Positions 9,442 through 21,913 of a stretch of DNA of 64,000 nt are shown here, one piece after another; positions within the stretch are counted from its first letter, which is position 1, and the number at the start of each line of letters is the position of its first letter. The stretch spans positions 160,001 to 224,000 of the forward strand of contig CBDCVR010000015.1 of the NCBI GenBank assembly GCA_965223155.1, written 5' to 3'. The translations under genes and the position numbers were made by a program. This DNA comes from Candidatus Multivoradales bacterium. Its GTDB lineage: Bacteria > Acidobacteriota > Thermoanaerobaculia > Multivoradales > JAHEKO01. Under the pieces are notes generated by a model. It did not search any database. It was not told the DNA's origin and saw only the letters and a program-made list of their open reading frames with translations.

Positions 9442-10185
9442 ATGAATGAGGATCCCCTGACGATCAAGCCCCGAGCTCGAAGAGTCCTGGCCGTTGATGA
9501 CGACCCGGAAGTCCTCGAGCTCATTCGCGCCACGATGCTGGGCGGCGGTTTCGAGGTCATGACCGCCGAAACCGCTGAGATGGCTCTCAACCTCATGAAC
9601 GACGAGGGATTGCCCCACCTGGCGGTCATCGACATCCGCCTGCCGGGCCTCGACGGTCTGTCGCTATGCCAGCGCATTCACGACATCAGCGACGTGCCCG
9701 TGATCATGCTCACCGTGGTCGATGACGAAGAGACCGTCGTCAAGACCATCGAGGAGTACGCCGAGGACTACATGATCAAGCCGTTCAACCCGGCCGAGCT
9801 GGTGGCCCGGGCTAATCGCATCCTGAAGCGAATCGGCGACTTCTCGTACACGATGCAGGCTCTGATCACGATTGACGAGAACCTGTCGGTGGACTTCGTC
9901 CGCCAGAAGGCGATCATCAACGGCCGGCCCTTGGCGCTGACGCCCACCGAGACCAAGCTCCTTTACATCCTGATGCAGAACGCGGGCAAGACCGTTCTGA
10001 CGAGCTACATTCTGGCCCGCGTCTGGCCCAGCCAAACCGCGGACGAGAACACGTTGCGAGTGCACATCCACCGGCTGCGCCAGAAGATCGAGGTCGCGCC
10101 CAGCCGGCCGCGCTACATCGTGACCGAGCGCGGCGCCGGCTACAGCTTCATCTCGCCGGCCGAAGCCCTGAGCGGCGCGCCTTAG
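9442..10185 (+). CDS. OmpR/PhoB-family DNA-binding response regulator
   Basis: Receiver VLAVDDD, DIRLPGLDG, KPF. Winged helix LTPTE, VW, LRVHIHRLRQKIE, TERGAGY. Confidence 0.93.
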   Translation: MNEDPLTIKPRARRVLAVDDDPEVLELIRATMLGGGFEVMTAETAEMALNLMNDEGLPHLAVIDIRLPGLDGLSLCQRIHDISDVPVIMLTVVDDEETVVKTIEEYAEDYMIKPFNPAELVARANRILKRIGDFSYTMQALITIDENLSVDFVRQKAIINGRPLALTPTETKLLYILMQNAGKTVLTSYILARVWPSQTADENTLRVHIHRLRQKIEVAPSRPRYIVTERGAGYSFISPAEALSGAP

Positions 10186-10213
10186 CAGCCCGCCTCAGGC
10201 GCCAGGGTTGGAG

Positions 10214-10579
10214 TCAGTCTCCGGCCAGACCCTTGACCACCGAGAGCAGCAGCTCCGGGTCCAGAATCGGCTTCGAGATGTAGTGGTCGAAGCCCGCCGC
10301 CAGGAATCGCTCCCGGTCGCCCACCATGGCGTGGGCCGTGAGAGCAACGACTGGGATCCCGGCCAGCAGCTCCTGGCGCCGGATCGCGGCCAGAACCTCG
10401 GTTCCATCCATCTCCGGCAAGGAGATGTCGAGCAAGACGACGTCCGGAACCTTCGCCGGGAGCCCGTTCAGGGCCTCCCGGCCGGTCCCGTACTCGTCGA
10501 GTGCGAAGTGCCCTTCGAGGATGGCGCGAACCAGGAGGCGATTGTCGGCGTTGTCCTCGACTACCGCGATCCGCTTCAC
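10214..10579 (-). CDS. Single-domain response regulator (DivK/CheY-like)
   Basis: VVEDN, LDISLPEMDG, ALTAHAM, YISKP; 121 aa. Confidence 0.92.
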   Translation of the reverse strand: MKRIAVVEDNADNRLLVRAILEGHFALDEYGTGREALNGLPAKVPDVVLLDISLPEMDGTEVLAAIRRQELLAGIPVVALTAHAMVGDRERFLAAGFDHYISKPILDPELLLSVVKGLAGD

Positions 10580-10585
10580 AGGAAG

Positions 10586-10620
10586 CTAGGAGCCATGAGG
10601 GATTTTCAGCAAGCCCCTAG
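10586..10620. repeat. Short CTAG-bounded remnant of the intergenic repeat family
   Basis: CTAGGAGCC...TTTTCAGCAAGCCCCTAG, with CTAG at both ends; one CTAG holds the Hpt stop codon. Confidence 0.35.
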
Positions 10621-10961
10621 GTCTCGAGCAACCGCCCGAACTCGGCGTAGAGATCCTCGACCCGTTTGCCAAGTCTCGGCAGAGCCTCCCGGAGCGCCGC
10701 CTCGTCGCCGGCTCGGGCCATGCGCTCCACCGCCGCCGCCAGCTCCGAGACTCCGGTCGCACCCAAGGTGATCGAGCTGGATCGTAGCGAGTGGGCAGCC
10801 ACCTCGGTCCGAGCCAGATCCCCCATCTTGAGGCCGCGCCGGATCTCCTCCAGCCGCAACGGGGTATTTTCGAGAAACATGGAAACCAGCTTGTGCAGCA
10901 GCTCGTCTCCACCCAGATCTCGTATCTGGCTTAGGGTCGCTTGATCCAGTGTCTCGGCCAA
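10617..10961 (-). CDS. Stand-alone Hpt (histidine phosphotransfer) protein
   Basis: AAHSLRSSSITLGA phospho-His motif; helical, 114 aa. Confidence 0.88.
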   Translation of the reverse strand: MAETLDQATLSQIRDLGGDELLHKLVSMFLENTPLRLEEIRRGLKMGDLARTEVAAHSLRSSSITLGATGVSELAAAVERMARAGDEAALREALPRLGKRVEDLYAEFGRLLET

Positions 10962-10993
10962 TTCGTCGTCCTCTCTTGGTCCTGTCGTTCGGT

Positions 10994-12244
10994 CTATTTG
11001 AAGTAGGTCAACATCTCCCGAGCGGCTGCGGCGTCCGGATCGTCCGGCGCCAGCTCGAGGAACCTCTCCAGTGAGGCTTTCGCTTTCTCGGTATCGCTCC
11101 CGCTAGCATAGCAAAGTCCCAGCTGATAGTGAGCCTTGGCGAAATCCGGGTCCACTTCAAGAACCGCCTCGAAGGCCGAGGTGGCCGCGGCCAACTCGCC
11201 GGCGTTGAAACGGTCCACGCCATCCCGAAAGAACACGTCCACTGCCGCCTCGGGACTTTTCTCTTTGAGCTCGGCGAAGGCCTGCTCGGCCTGCTCGGTC
11301 TGGCCTGACTCCTGATAGGCGCTGTAGCGGACGACGTGAGCACGGCCGTGTCCGGGCTCGCGCTCCAGGTACGCCTCGGCATACTCCACCGCCTTGTCGA
11401 GCTCGCCGGTGGCCAGATAGATCTGGGCCAGCGGCATCAGCGCCTGGTAGAGATCCGGGGCCAGAGCAAGGGCCTGCTCGAAGCGAGAACGCGCCCGCTC
11501 CAGATCGTTGGCTTTGACCGCCGCGACGCCGTCGTTGAACACCCGCGCCCCGACCGCCGCACCGCCGCCGGTCTCTACCAGTTGGGCCAAGACGGCTTCG
11601 GCGGCTTCGCCCTCACCGCTCCCGTTCAGCGCGTCGTAGAGCATCTGGAGACCCAGGGCGTCGCCCGGCTTGGCCTCCAGGTAGGCCTCGGCCTCGGCTC
11701 GCGCCTCAGCCCAGCGCTCGAGCTCCAGATAGATTCGCGCCAGGGCGACGCGGGCCTCGAGCAGCTCGCCGTCCTCTTCGCTTGCCTCCTGGAAGAGCGC
11801 CAGGGCGCCTTCCAAGTCGCCAGCGTTGTAGGCCTTGGCACCGGCGTTGTAGGCCTTGGCAGCCTTGCCCCGGCTCTCCAACTCGGCCAGCTCCTGGCCC
11901 CGTTCGGCGGCCTGGTCCTCGGTGAGAAGAGTAAACGTGATCTCGGTGCCGTGCCCGGCCTTGGCCGTGATCGGCTCACTCTGCCCCACGTAGCCCGGCT
12001 TGACTAGGGTGATGACGTAGTCCTGGGCGACGCTGGTCAAAACGAACTTGAACTTGCCGTTCTTCTTGCTTTCGACGGTCTTCTCGAAGCCGCTGTCAAC
12101 GCCTTGGAGCGTGATGGCGACGTCGCCCAAGGGGTTGCCGTCGGTGTCGACGACGAGACCGGTGATCCGGCCGCCTTGAGCCCAGGCACCCGTCGCCGCC
12201 AGCGCGACAACTCCTACTACGATTGCTTGTCTAAGTCGTTTCAT
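10994..12244 (-). CDS. Exported protein with a carboxypeptidase-regulatory-like domain and TPR repeats
   Basis: Signal peptide ending AWA-Q; GRITGLVVDTDGNPL beta domain; multiple TPRs (e.g. AHYQLGLCY). Confidence 0.85.
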   Translation of the reverse strand: MKRLRQAIVVGVVALAATGAWAQGGRITGLVVDTDGNPLGDVAITLQGVDSGFEKTVESKKNGKFKFVLTSVAQDYVITLVKPGYVGQSEPITAKAGHGTEITFTLLTEDQAAERGQELAELESRGKAAKAYNAGAKAYNAGDLEGALALFQEASEEDGELLEARVALARIYLELERWAEARAEAEAYLEAKPGDALGLQMLYDALNGSGEGEAAEAVLAQLVETGGGAAVGARVFNDGVAAVKANDLERARSRFEQALALAPDLYQALMPLAQIYLATGELDKAVEYAEAYLEREPGHGRAHVVRYSAYQESGQTEQAEQAFAELKEKSPEAAVDVFFRDGVDRFNAGELAAATSAFEAVLEVDPDFAKAHYQLGLCYASGSDTEKAKASLERFLELAPDDPDAAAAREMLTYFK

Positions 12245-12262
12245 AATGTCTCCGGTTTCGGC

Positions 12263-14095
12263 CTACCAGCCGCATTCAAGCTCCTCGGTCTGCTCTTCGA
12301 GCCAACCTTGAAGCGGAGCGAAATAGTCGACGATCGCAGTGGCGTCCATCTCGGTCTGTCCAGTCACGGCTTCCAGGGCCTCGGGCCACGGACGGCTGGC
12401 GCCCATCTCGAGCATGTCGATCAGACGCTGACCCGCCTCGCGATTGCCGTAGATCGAGCAGCGATGGAGCGGCCCTTCGAAGCCGGCCGTCTCGCACAGC
12501 GCCCGCTGAAACTGGAACTGCAGGATGTGGGCCAGGAAGTACCGGGTGTAGGGGGTGTTGGCGGGAACGTGATACTTCGCGCCCGGATCGAAATCGTCCT
12601 CGTCGCGAGCCACAGGCGCCTTGACGCCTTGATACTTCTCCCGCAGCCGCCACCAGGCCTCGTTGTAGCTCTCCGGACCGATCTCACCGCTGAAGACGCC
12701 CCAACGCCACTGGTCCACGAGTAGGCCAAAGGGCAGGAAGGCCACCTTGTCGAGCGCCATACGCAGCAACACGCCCAGGTCGGAGGAAGCATCCGGAGCC
12801 TCGTCCAACAGGCCGATCTCGACCAGGTACTCGGGGGTCACCGACAACGCCACGGTGTCGCCGACCCCTTCGTGGAATCCGTCGTTGGCGCTTTCGCGGA
12901 AGAGAAACGGCTGCGTGCTGTACGCCCGCTGATAGAAGTTGTGGCCGAGCTCATGATGAATGGTCGAGAAGTCCTCGGCGTCGATCTTGATGCACATCTT
13001 GATCCGCACATCGTCCACCTGGTCGATGTCCCAGGCGCTGGCGTGGCATACGACGTTGCGGTCGGCCGGCTGAGTGAAGAGCGAGCGCTCCCAGAAGGTT
13101 TCCGGCAGGGGCTCGAAACCGAGGGAGGTAAAGAACCGTTCGCCGTAGCGGACCATCTCGATCTCGTCGACTCCCTTGGCCTCCAGAAGCTCGGTCAGAT
13201 CGAACCCGGCGTCCCCGGACTCGGGCGCCACCAGGGGATAGACGTTGGCCCAGGTCTGCGCCCACATGTTGCCCAGGAGGTGCGCCGGAATCGGTCCCGA
13301 CGCCGGAGCTACGGCATCGCCGTAGGTCTCGTTCAACTTGTGCCGAACGTAGCAGTGCAAGGGCTCGTAGAGCGGACGGACTTGGCCCCAAAGCCGGTCC
13401 AGCTCAGCCCGGAAGGCGTCGGGGACCATGTCGTAGTTGGAGCGCCACATGGTGCCTAGGTCCGGAAAGCCGAGCTCCTGAGCGCCTTTGTTGCCGAGCT
13501 CGGCGAATCGCTGGTAGTCCTCGCGCATGGGTGGCGAGATCGTGCGCCAGCCGACCCACGCATCTAGAAGCTCCTCGGGTTCTCGACTGGTGGCGAGCGT
13601 CCGGGTCAGCTGGCCGAGGTCCCGGCACTCCCCGGCCTCGTCGCAGTACTCGCCCTTGCCGTAGGCGCTCTCCAGCGAGGCCGCGATCTGAGTCAGCTCC
13701 GAGCGCTCGGCCGCGTCGCTCGGCGCGGGCAGGGTCAACCCGGTCTTCAGCACCTTGAGCTGGCGCGCGGTCTCCTCGTCCAGCTCCAAGCCGTCGAAAC
13801 GGGTCGCCGCCCGCGCGTACTTCATGGCGTCGGCGATGAACCGGTCGTAGGCCTTGGCCGCAAGCTGTTCGGTGTCTCCGGTGATGTAGGTCGCTTGCAC
13901 CCATTGCGCCCGGGCCAGGTCGATGACCTTGGCCAGCAGATCCTGGTTGACGTGCTCGACAAAGCTGGCCGCGCCTTCCGCCGTCGCCGGGAACTCGTCC
14001 TCGGCGCCCTGGGTCGCGCATGCCGGCAAGGCGCCGATGGCCAGGGCGGCGACCAAGGCCGCGGCGGCGGGCCAGTAGTTGTCTCGTTGCTTCAT
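12263..14095 (-). CDS. M2-family peptidyl-dipeptidase (ACE-like), probable lipoprotein
   Basis: IPAHLLGNMWAQ, VCHASAWD, HHELGH, ANDGFHEGVGD, FDPGAKYHVP; lipobox-like LPAC. Confidence 0.93.
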   Translation of the reverse strand: MKQRDNYWPAAAALVAALAIGALPACATQGAEDEFPATAEGAASFVEHVNQDLLAKVIDLARAQWVQATYITGDTEQLAAKAYDRFIADAMKYARAATRFDGLELDEETARQLKVLKTGLTLPAPSDAAERSELTQIAASLESAYGKGEYCDEAGECRDLGQLTRTLATSREPEELLDAWVGWRTISPPMREDYQRFAELGNKGAQELGFPDLGTMWRSNYDMVPDAFRAELDRLWGQVRPLYEPLHCYVRHKLNETYGDAVAPASGPIPAHLLGNMWAQTWANVYPLVAPESGDAGFDLTELLEAKGVDEIEMVRYGERFFTSLGFEPLPETFWERSLFTQPADRNVVCHASAWDIDQVDDVRIKMCIKIDAEDFSTIHHELGHNFYQRAYSTQPFLFRESANDGFHEGVGDTVALSVTPEYLVEIGLLDEAPDASSDLGVLLRMALDKVAFLPFGLLVDQWRWGVFSGEIGPESYNEAWWRLREKYQGVKAPVARDEDDFDPGAKYHVPANTPYTRYFLAHILQFQFQRALCETAGFEGPLHRCSIYGNREAGQRLIDMLEMGASRPWPEALEAVTGQTEMDATAIVDYFAPLQGWLEEQTEELECGW

Positions 14096-14195
14096 ATCGC
14101 TTTCTCCTCTGATAAATCGCTAGACCCCGCGCCAGCCAGGCTGCCGCCCGGGTCGAGCATCATAGCTTGAGCCGTGCCCTGGGCCTTAGCCGCTC

Positions 14196-15374
14196 TCACC
14201 CGCCGGACCGAAGCAAGACCCGCAGTCGCTCGAGTCCCTCCTCGATGCGCGCCAGCGCGCAAGCGAACGAAATCCTGATGTGATCGTCCGCGCCAAACGC
14301 GATCCCCGGAATCACGGCGACCGCCGAGCGCTCCAGGAACTTCGTCGCCAGGGCCGCCGAGCCGATCACCTCTTCGTCGAAGAGACCGGCGACCCGGGGG
14401 AACGCGTAGAACGCTCCGTCCGGAACCCGGCACTCGACCCCGGGCAGCTCGTTGAGGCCGGCCACCAGGACGTCGCGGCGGCGAAGATACTGCGACCGCA
14501 TCGCGGCGAGCCGGGTCTCGGCGTCCGCAAAGACCTCGAGCGCCCCCCACATCGCGAATGTGGTCGCATTCGAAGTCGCATGACCCTGGATCGTCTTGAC
14601 CGCCCGGACCACGGGCTCCGGTCCGGCCACGAACCCGAGCCGCCAGCCGGTCATCGCGTGCGCCTTGGAGAACGACCCGATGAGAACGATCGTTTCGGGA
14701 AACTCGCGAGCCAGGGCCGCACCGCTGGTAAACGGCTCGGTGCCGTAGACGAATCGCTCGTACGTTTCATCACAGACGACGAAGATCTCCCGCTCCGCGC
14801 AGTGTTCGACGATCGCGCGCAGCTCGCCGGCCGAAAGTACCGAGCCGGTGGGGTTCGAGGGCGAGTTGAGAAGCACCATTCGGGTGCGGGATGTACACCG
14901 CCCGATGACATCCGCGGCCGCCAATTGGAAACCGGACGAGAATTCCAGAGGCACCTCTACGACCTTGCCGCCGGCCAGCTTGACCTGTTCCGGAAAGGTG
15001 ACCCAGCACGGGGTCGGGATGACCGCTTCGGCCTCGGCATCGCAGAGCGCCAGGGCGGTCTCGAAGAGCGCCGCCTTGCCGCCGACTGTCACCACAAGCT
15101 CGTCGGCCGACCAGGGGGCCTGGTACCGCCGCGCCAGGTCGCGAGTCAGCACTTGGCGGAGCTCGGGCAAGCCCGCGCAAGCAGCGTACCGGGTCTTGCC
15201 CTCGGCCAGCGCGCGACGCGCCGCCTCGACCGCCTCGGCCGGGGAGGCGAAATCGGGCTCGCCGGCGCTCCAGTTGACGACGTCGACGCCCTCGGCCGAG
15301 AGCTCGCGGGCCCGCTGGGAGATGGCGAGAGTGGCCGACTCGACCAGCCCATGCACCCGCGTCGACAACCGCAT
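14196..15374 (-). CDS. Class I/II PLP-dependent aminotransferase (aspartate aminotransferase-like)
   Basis: GEPDF, GGKAAL, NSPSNPTG, DETY, SFSKAHAMTGWRLG, GAFY. Start at ATG 15374. Confidence 0.92.
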   Translation of the reverse strand: MRLSTRVHGLVESATLAISQRARELSAEGVDVVNWSAGEPDFASPAEAVEAARRALAEGKTRYAACAGLPELRQVLTRDLARRYQAPWSADELVVTVGGKAALFETALALCDAEAEAVIPTPCWVTFPEQVKLAGGKVVEVPLEFSSGFQLAAADVIGRCTSRTRMVLLNSPSNPTGSVLSAGELRAIVEHCAEREIFVVCDETYERFVYGTEPFTSGAALAREFPETIVLIGSFSKAHAMTGWRLGFVAGPEPVVRAVKTIQGHATSNATTFAMWGALEVFADAETRLAAMRSQYLRRRDVLVAGLNELPGVECRVPDGAFYAFPRVAGLFDEEVIGSAALATKFLERSAVAVIPGIAFGADDHIRISFACALARIEEGLERLRVLLRSGG

Positions 15375-15476
15375 CGTCCCCGCAGGATACCGAGGTCGAC
15401 ACGTCCCGCGCCAGCCCCGAATCGTATAGTTTACGAACGGCGGAAGACCCGCCGGCAACCGATCGAGACTTCCACC

Positions 15477-17276
15477 GTGCTATCCCCGCGCCATCGCACT
15501 CGGATCAGCGTCGGCGTCGTCGCTTTGTGCGCCGGCCTGCTCCTGGCGCCCGCCGCACCACTCGAGGCCCTCTCGTCCCCGCCCCGGGCTTCGCTCGAGC
15601 TACGGCCCGAGCCGGCGGCGTACAGGCCGGGCTCCGAGCTGCGGCTGGAATCCTGGGTTCGGGTCGAGGACGGCTGGCACGTCAACAGCCATACCCCTAC
15701 CTACGACTACCTGATTCCGACCTCGGTGGAGATCGAGGCGCCACCCGGCTGGGCACCCGCGGCGATCGAGTATCCCGAGGGCGAGCTCCAGACCTTCGGC
15801 TTCGCCGATGAGGCGCTATCGGTCTACGACGGCGAGTTCGTGATTCCCGCCCGGCTGGCGCCACCGGCGGATGCGGACGGCGAAATCACCCTGGCCGTGA
15901 CCTTGCGCTACCAGGCGTGCGACGACCGCAGTTGCCTGCCGCCGACGAGCGCCGAAGCGGCCTTGACTCTGGTCCCCGCCTCCGCCGACGAAAGCGGTCT
16001 CGGGAAGGCCGGGGCCGCCTCGGAAACCGCCCCGGCCGAGCGTCGACGCGGCCTCGGCACCTTCCTCCTCTTCGGACTCCTCGGCGGCCTCCTGCTCAAC
16101 GCCATGCCTTGCGTCCTGCCGGTGCTCTCGCTCAAGCTCATGGGACTGGTCAAGAGCGCCGCGCAGGAACGAGCCGCCGTCATTCGCGGCTCGCTCGCCA
16201 CCACCGCCGGCATTCTGGTTTCGTTCTGGGCACTGGCCCTCGCGGCCATTCTGGCCAAGACCGCCGGGGCGGCCGTGGGCTGGGGGATTCAATTTCAGCA
16301 GCCCACCTTCGTCGCCGTACTGGCCCTGATCGTAGTCCTGTTTTGCCTCAACCTGTGGGGACTTTTCGAGGTGCCGTTGCCGGCCCGGCTGGCGACCTGG
16401 GCCGACTCGGCCGGCGGAGAGGGCTTGGCCGGACACTTCACAGCTGGGCTCTTCGCCACGCTCCTGGCCACGCCTTGCTCGGCGCCCTATTTGGGTCCAG
16501 CGGTGGGCTTTGCCCTGGCGCGCGAGCCGGCCGAGATCCTCGCCGTGTTCTCGGCGGTCGGCGTGGGCATGGCCCTTCCCTACCTCCTCCTGGCCCTGGC
16601 GCCCGGATCCGTGCGGATCCTGCCCAAACCGGGCCCCTGGATGCTCCATCTCAAGGGCTTCATGGGATTCCTGCTGGCCGGCGCGGCGGTTTGGCTCCTC
16701 TACGTTCTGGCTTCCCAGCTCTCCAGGGAGCGGCTGGCTTTCATCGAGCTGGCGCTCCTGGCGATGGCGCTTTTTCTGTGGGCCCGCGAGAGGATCCGGC
16801 GAGGCTCGCCGTGGCGCGTGCTCGCGCTTCTCGGAGCCGGCCTCTCGGTGGCCGCCGCCATCGGCCTGGCCGCCGGCTCCGCGGCCCCATCGCCGGCGGA
16901 GGCCTCTCGGCAGGAGATCGTCAAGCGCATTCCCTGGATCCCCTTCGAGCAGCGAGAGGCCGAACGGCTCGCCGCCGAGGGTTCCTTCGTCTTCGTCGAC
17001 GTCACCGCCGATTGGTGCTTTACCTGCAAGGTCAACGAGCGGCTCGTGCTCGAGACCGAGACCATCGCCGCCGCGTTCGAGAAGCACGGCGTCGTGCCGA
17101 TGAAGGCCGACTGGACCAACCGCGATGACCGCATCGCGGCCTTTCTCGCCGAGCACGGCAAGTACGGGATTCCATTCTACCTCCTTTACCGGCCGGGCGG
17201 AGAGCACCAGCTCTTCAGCGAGCTCCTGACCAAGGAGGCTCTGCTCGCCGCCCTGCCACCAACAACCGGAAGCTGA
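15477..17276 (+). CDS. dsbD: Thiol:disulfide interchange protein DsbD (three-domain)
   Basis: N-domain YQACDDRSC; TM domain NAMPCVLP and ATPCSAP; thioredoxin TADWCFTCK. Start GTG 15477 is approximate. Confidence 0.88.
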   Translation: MLSPRHRTRISVGVVALCAGLLLAPAAPLEALSSPPRASLELRPEPAAYRPGSELRLESWVRVEDGWHVNSHTPTYDYLIPTSVEIEAPPGWAPAAIEYPEGELQTFGFADEALSVYDGEFVIPARLAPPADADGEITLAVTLRYQACDDRSCLPPTSAEAALTLVPASADESGLGKAGAASETAPAERRRGLGTFLLFGLLGGLLLNAMPCVLPVLSLKLMGLVKSAAQERAAVIRGSLATTAGILVSFWALALAAILAKTAGAAVGWGIQFQQPTFVAVLALIVVLFCLNLWGLFEVPLPARLATWADSAGGEGLAGHFTAGLFATLLATPCSAPYLGPAVGFALAREPAEILAVFSAVGVGMALPYLLLALAPGSVRILPKPGPWMLHLKGFMGFLLAGAAVWLLYVLASQLSRERLAFIELALLAMALFLWARERIRRGSPWRVLALLGAGLSVAAAIGLAAGSAAPSPAEASRQEIVKRIPWIPFEQREAERLAAEGSFVFVDVTADWCFTCKVNERLVLETETIAAAFEKHGVVPMKADWTNRDDRIAAFLAEHGKYGIPFYLLYRPGGEHQLFSELLTKEALLAALPPTTGS

Positions 17277-17324
17277 CTCCGGGCCGAAGTCCTAGCCCGG
17301 GCCTTCGCATCGAAACCAGGCGGT

Positions 17325-18329
17325 CTAGGCCTCGATCGTCCGCACCAGGGCGTCGGTAAACTCGGACGTCGATGCCTCGCCGCCCAGGTCGCGGGTGCGC
17401 ACGCCCTGGTCGACCATGACGGCGTCCAGGCTCCGGCGCAGCTTCGACGCCTCGTCGTCCATGCCCAGGTGGTCCAGCATCATGGCCCCGGAACGGATCA
17501 GAGCCGTGGGATTGGCCACGTTCTGCCCCGCGATGTCCGGTGCCGAGCCGTGGACGGCCTCGAAGACGGCCATGGATTCGCCCAGGTTCGCACCCGGCAC
17601 CACGCCCAAGCCGCCGACCAGCCCGGCGCAGAGATCGGACAGGATGTCCCCGTAGAGGTTGGGCATGAGCAGGGTGTCGTAGTTGCCCGGGTTGATCACG
17701 ACCTGCATCGCCATGTTGTCGACGATGCGCTCGTCGGCCTGGACGTTCGCGTAGTCCTCGGCCACCTCGCGGAAGCACTTCAGGAACAGTCCGTCCGAGA
17801 GCTTCATGATGTTGGCCTTGTGGACGGCGGTCACCCGGCTCCGCCCCCGGCTGCGCGCGTGCTCGAAGGCAAACCGGGCAATCCGGGTCGAGGCCACGCG
17901 GGTGATGATCTTGAGGCTCTCGACCACTCCATCCACGACCTCGTGCTCGATGCCGCTGTAGAGGCCCTCGGTGTTCTCGCGCACGATCACCAGATCCACC
18001 TCTCCGAACGGCCCGGGAACGCCCGGCAGCGTACGGACCGGACGGAGGTTGGCGTAGAGATTGAGCGTCTTGCGGAGCTGAACGTTGACCGACCGGAAGC
18101 CCTTCCCCACCGGAGTCGTCACCGGCCCCTTGAGCGCGAGCCGGTTGCGCTCGATCGACCCGATCAGCTCCGCCGGCAGCGGATCTCCGCCACCTTCCAT
18201 CGCCCGCACTCCGGCGTTGTGCCGCTCCCACTCGAACCCGGTGCCCAGAGCCTCGAGCACTCGGATTGCGGCTTCGGTCACTTCCGGACCGATGCCGTCG
18301 CCCTCGATTACGGTTACCGTTCGCGTCAT
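17325..18329 (-). CDS. NAD-type isocitrate dehydrogenase (IDH/IPMDH family)
   Basis: GDGIGPE, KGPVTTPVGKGFRSVNV, RENTEGLY, HKANIMK, PNLYGDILSD, HGSAPDIA (DI = NAD signature). Confidence 0.88.
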   Translation of the reverse strand: MTRTVTVIEGDGIGPEVTEAAIRVLEALGTGFEWERHNAGVRAMEGGGDPLPAELIGSIERNRLALKGPVTTPVGKGFRSVNVQLRKTLNLYANLRPVRTLPGVPGPFGEVDLVIVRENTEGLYSGIEHEVVDGVVESLKIITRVASTRIARFAFEHARSRGRSRVTAVHKANIMKLSDGLFLKCFREVAEDYANVQADERIVDNMAMQVVINPGNYDTLLMPNLYGDILSDLCAGLVGGLGVVPGANLGESMAVFEAVHGSAPDIAGQNVANPTALIRSGAMMLDHLGMDDEASKLRRSLDAVMVDQGVRTRDLGGEASTSEFTDALVRTIEA

Positions 18330-19375
18330 GCGCCTCTCCCTTCCAACGGCGCCCATTCTACGAGCCCGTCGCCGGCAAATACATCTCGGAGCCGCAGGAC
18401 GCGGGCGCCCCGTTCGAAGTCGAGACACAGATCTTCGTAGTCGAGGCCGGGCTCGCCTTCGTCCAGCCAGTACCAGACGACTCGGTCCCCGACGCGAAGC
18501 AGATCCCCCGGAGCCGCGCCGGCCTGGGTAGCATCGAGCTCGACCCCCGTCCATCTCATGCCCTCCCAGGTGAGACCGTGGCGCTCTAGCCATGCCGCCA
18601 GGAGCTGGATGCGGGCAAAGGTCGCTCCCGGGACCGGCTCCCCGCCGCTGGCCTCGCCGGCCTGTGACGCGGGCTCGGACTCGACCTGGGTCTGGCCGAA
18701 GACGCTAGAAGGCAGGGCCAGGGGCTCGGCCAGCGTCAGCGTCATGGACGGAAAATCCTCCGCCTCCGCGGGCAGGCGATCGGCTCCCCAGGAGGTCAAG
18801 CGCAGCTCCGGGATGAGGTCGTTGCCGGGCTTGAAAAACTCGAAGCGGACCTGGAACCGTTGCAAGCCGAAGCGCTCGTTGCGAGCCACCCGCTCCTCGT
18901 TGGGCAGGAAGTTCTCCAGACTAGGAGCGACGGAGCCGGGAACCCGCCAGGCCCGGGCCCAGTCGGCCTGCAGCACCTCGAAGAACTTCGGCGCCGCGGT
19001 CTCGGAGGCCGCGTCCACGAACGGGGGCGAGCTTTCCACGGTAAACCAGAGGATCTTGAGGCCGCGGGTGCGTTGCCAGCGGCGGATGCGATCCGCGGCG
19101 ATCGGACCGTCGGGGAAGCGGAGTTCTTCGGCCTCGGCGTAGTAGATCCGCTCGCCGCGCAGGGTCTTTGCCTCGAGCACGGCGACCAGCTCGAACCGGG
19201 TTCCAGCCGGCCGGCTGACCGGCCCCACAATCGCTTCGCTCTCCCCTTCCGGCAGCACCGCCACCCAGGCCGTGACCGGTTCAGGGGCCAGCTCCTCGCC
19301 GGTGCGAATCGCAAGAAAGACCGCCGCCAGCACGGCCACCACGGCGATGCCGATCCAGATGGGCTTAGCGTCCAC
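18326..19375 (-). CDS. Hypothetical protein with an N-terminal membrane anchor
   Basis: 349-aa ORF filling the gap; TM segment IWIGIAVVAVLAAVFLAI; ATGA overlap with the IDH gene. Confidence 0.7.
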   Translation of the reverse strand: MDAKPIWIGIAVVAVLAAVFLAIRTGEELAPEPVTAWVAVLPEGESEAIVGPVSRPAGTRFELVAVLEAKTLRGERIYYAEAEELRFPDGPIAADRIRRWQRTRGLKILWFTVESSPPFVDAASETAAPKFFEVLQADWARAWRVPGSVAPSLENFLPNEERVARNERFGLQRFQVRFEFFKPGNDLIPELRLTSWGADRLPAEAEDFPSMTLTLAEPLALPSSVFGQTQVESEPASQAGEASGGEPVPGATFARIQLLAAWLERHGLTWEGMRWTGVELDATQAGAAPGDLLRVGDRVVWYWLDEGEPGLDYEDLCLDFERGARVLRLRDVFAGDGLVEWAPLEGRGA

Positions 19376-19378
19376 GAA

Positions 19379-21899
<2,521 letters not shown>

Positions 21900-21913
<14 letters not shown>

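Noticed and set aside
14280-15476. Apparent 400-aa N-terminal extension of DsbD
   Set aside because: Overlaps the aminotransferase on the other strand; the DsbD signal peptide begins near 15477.
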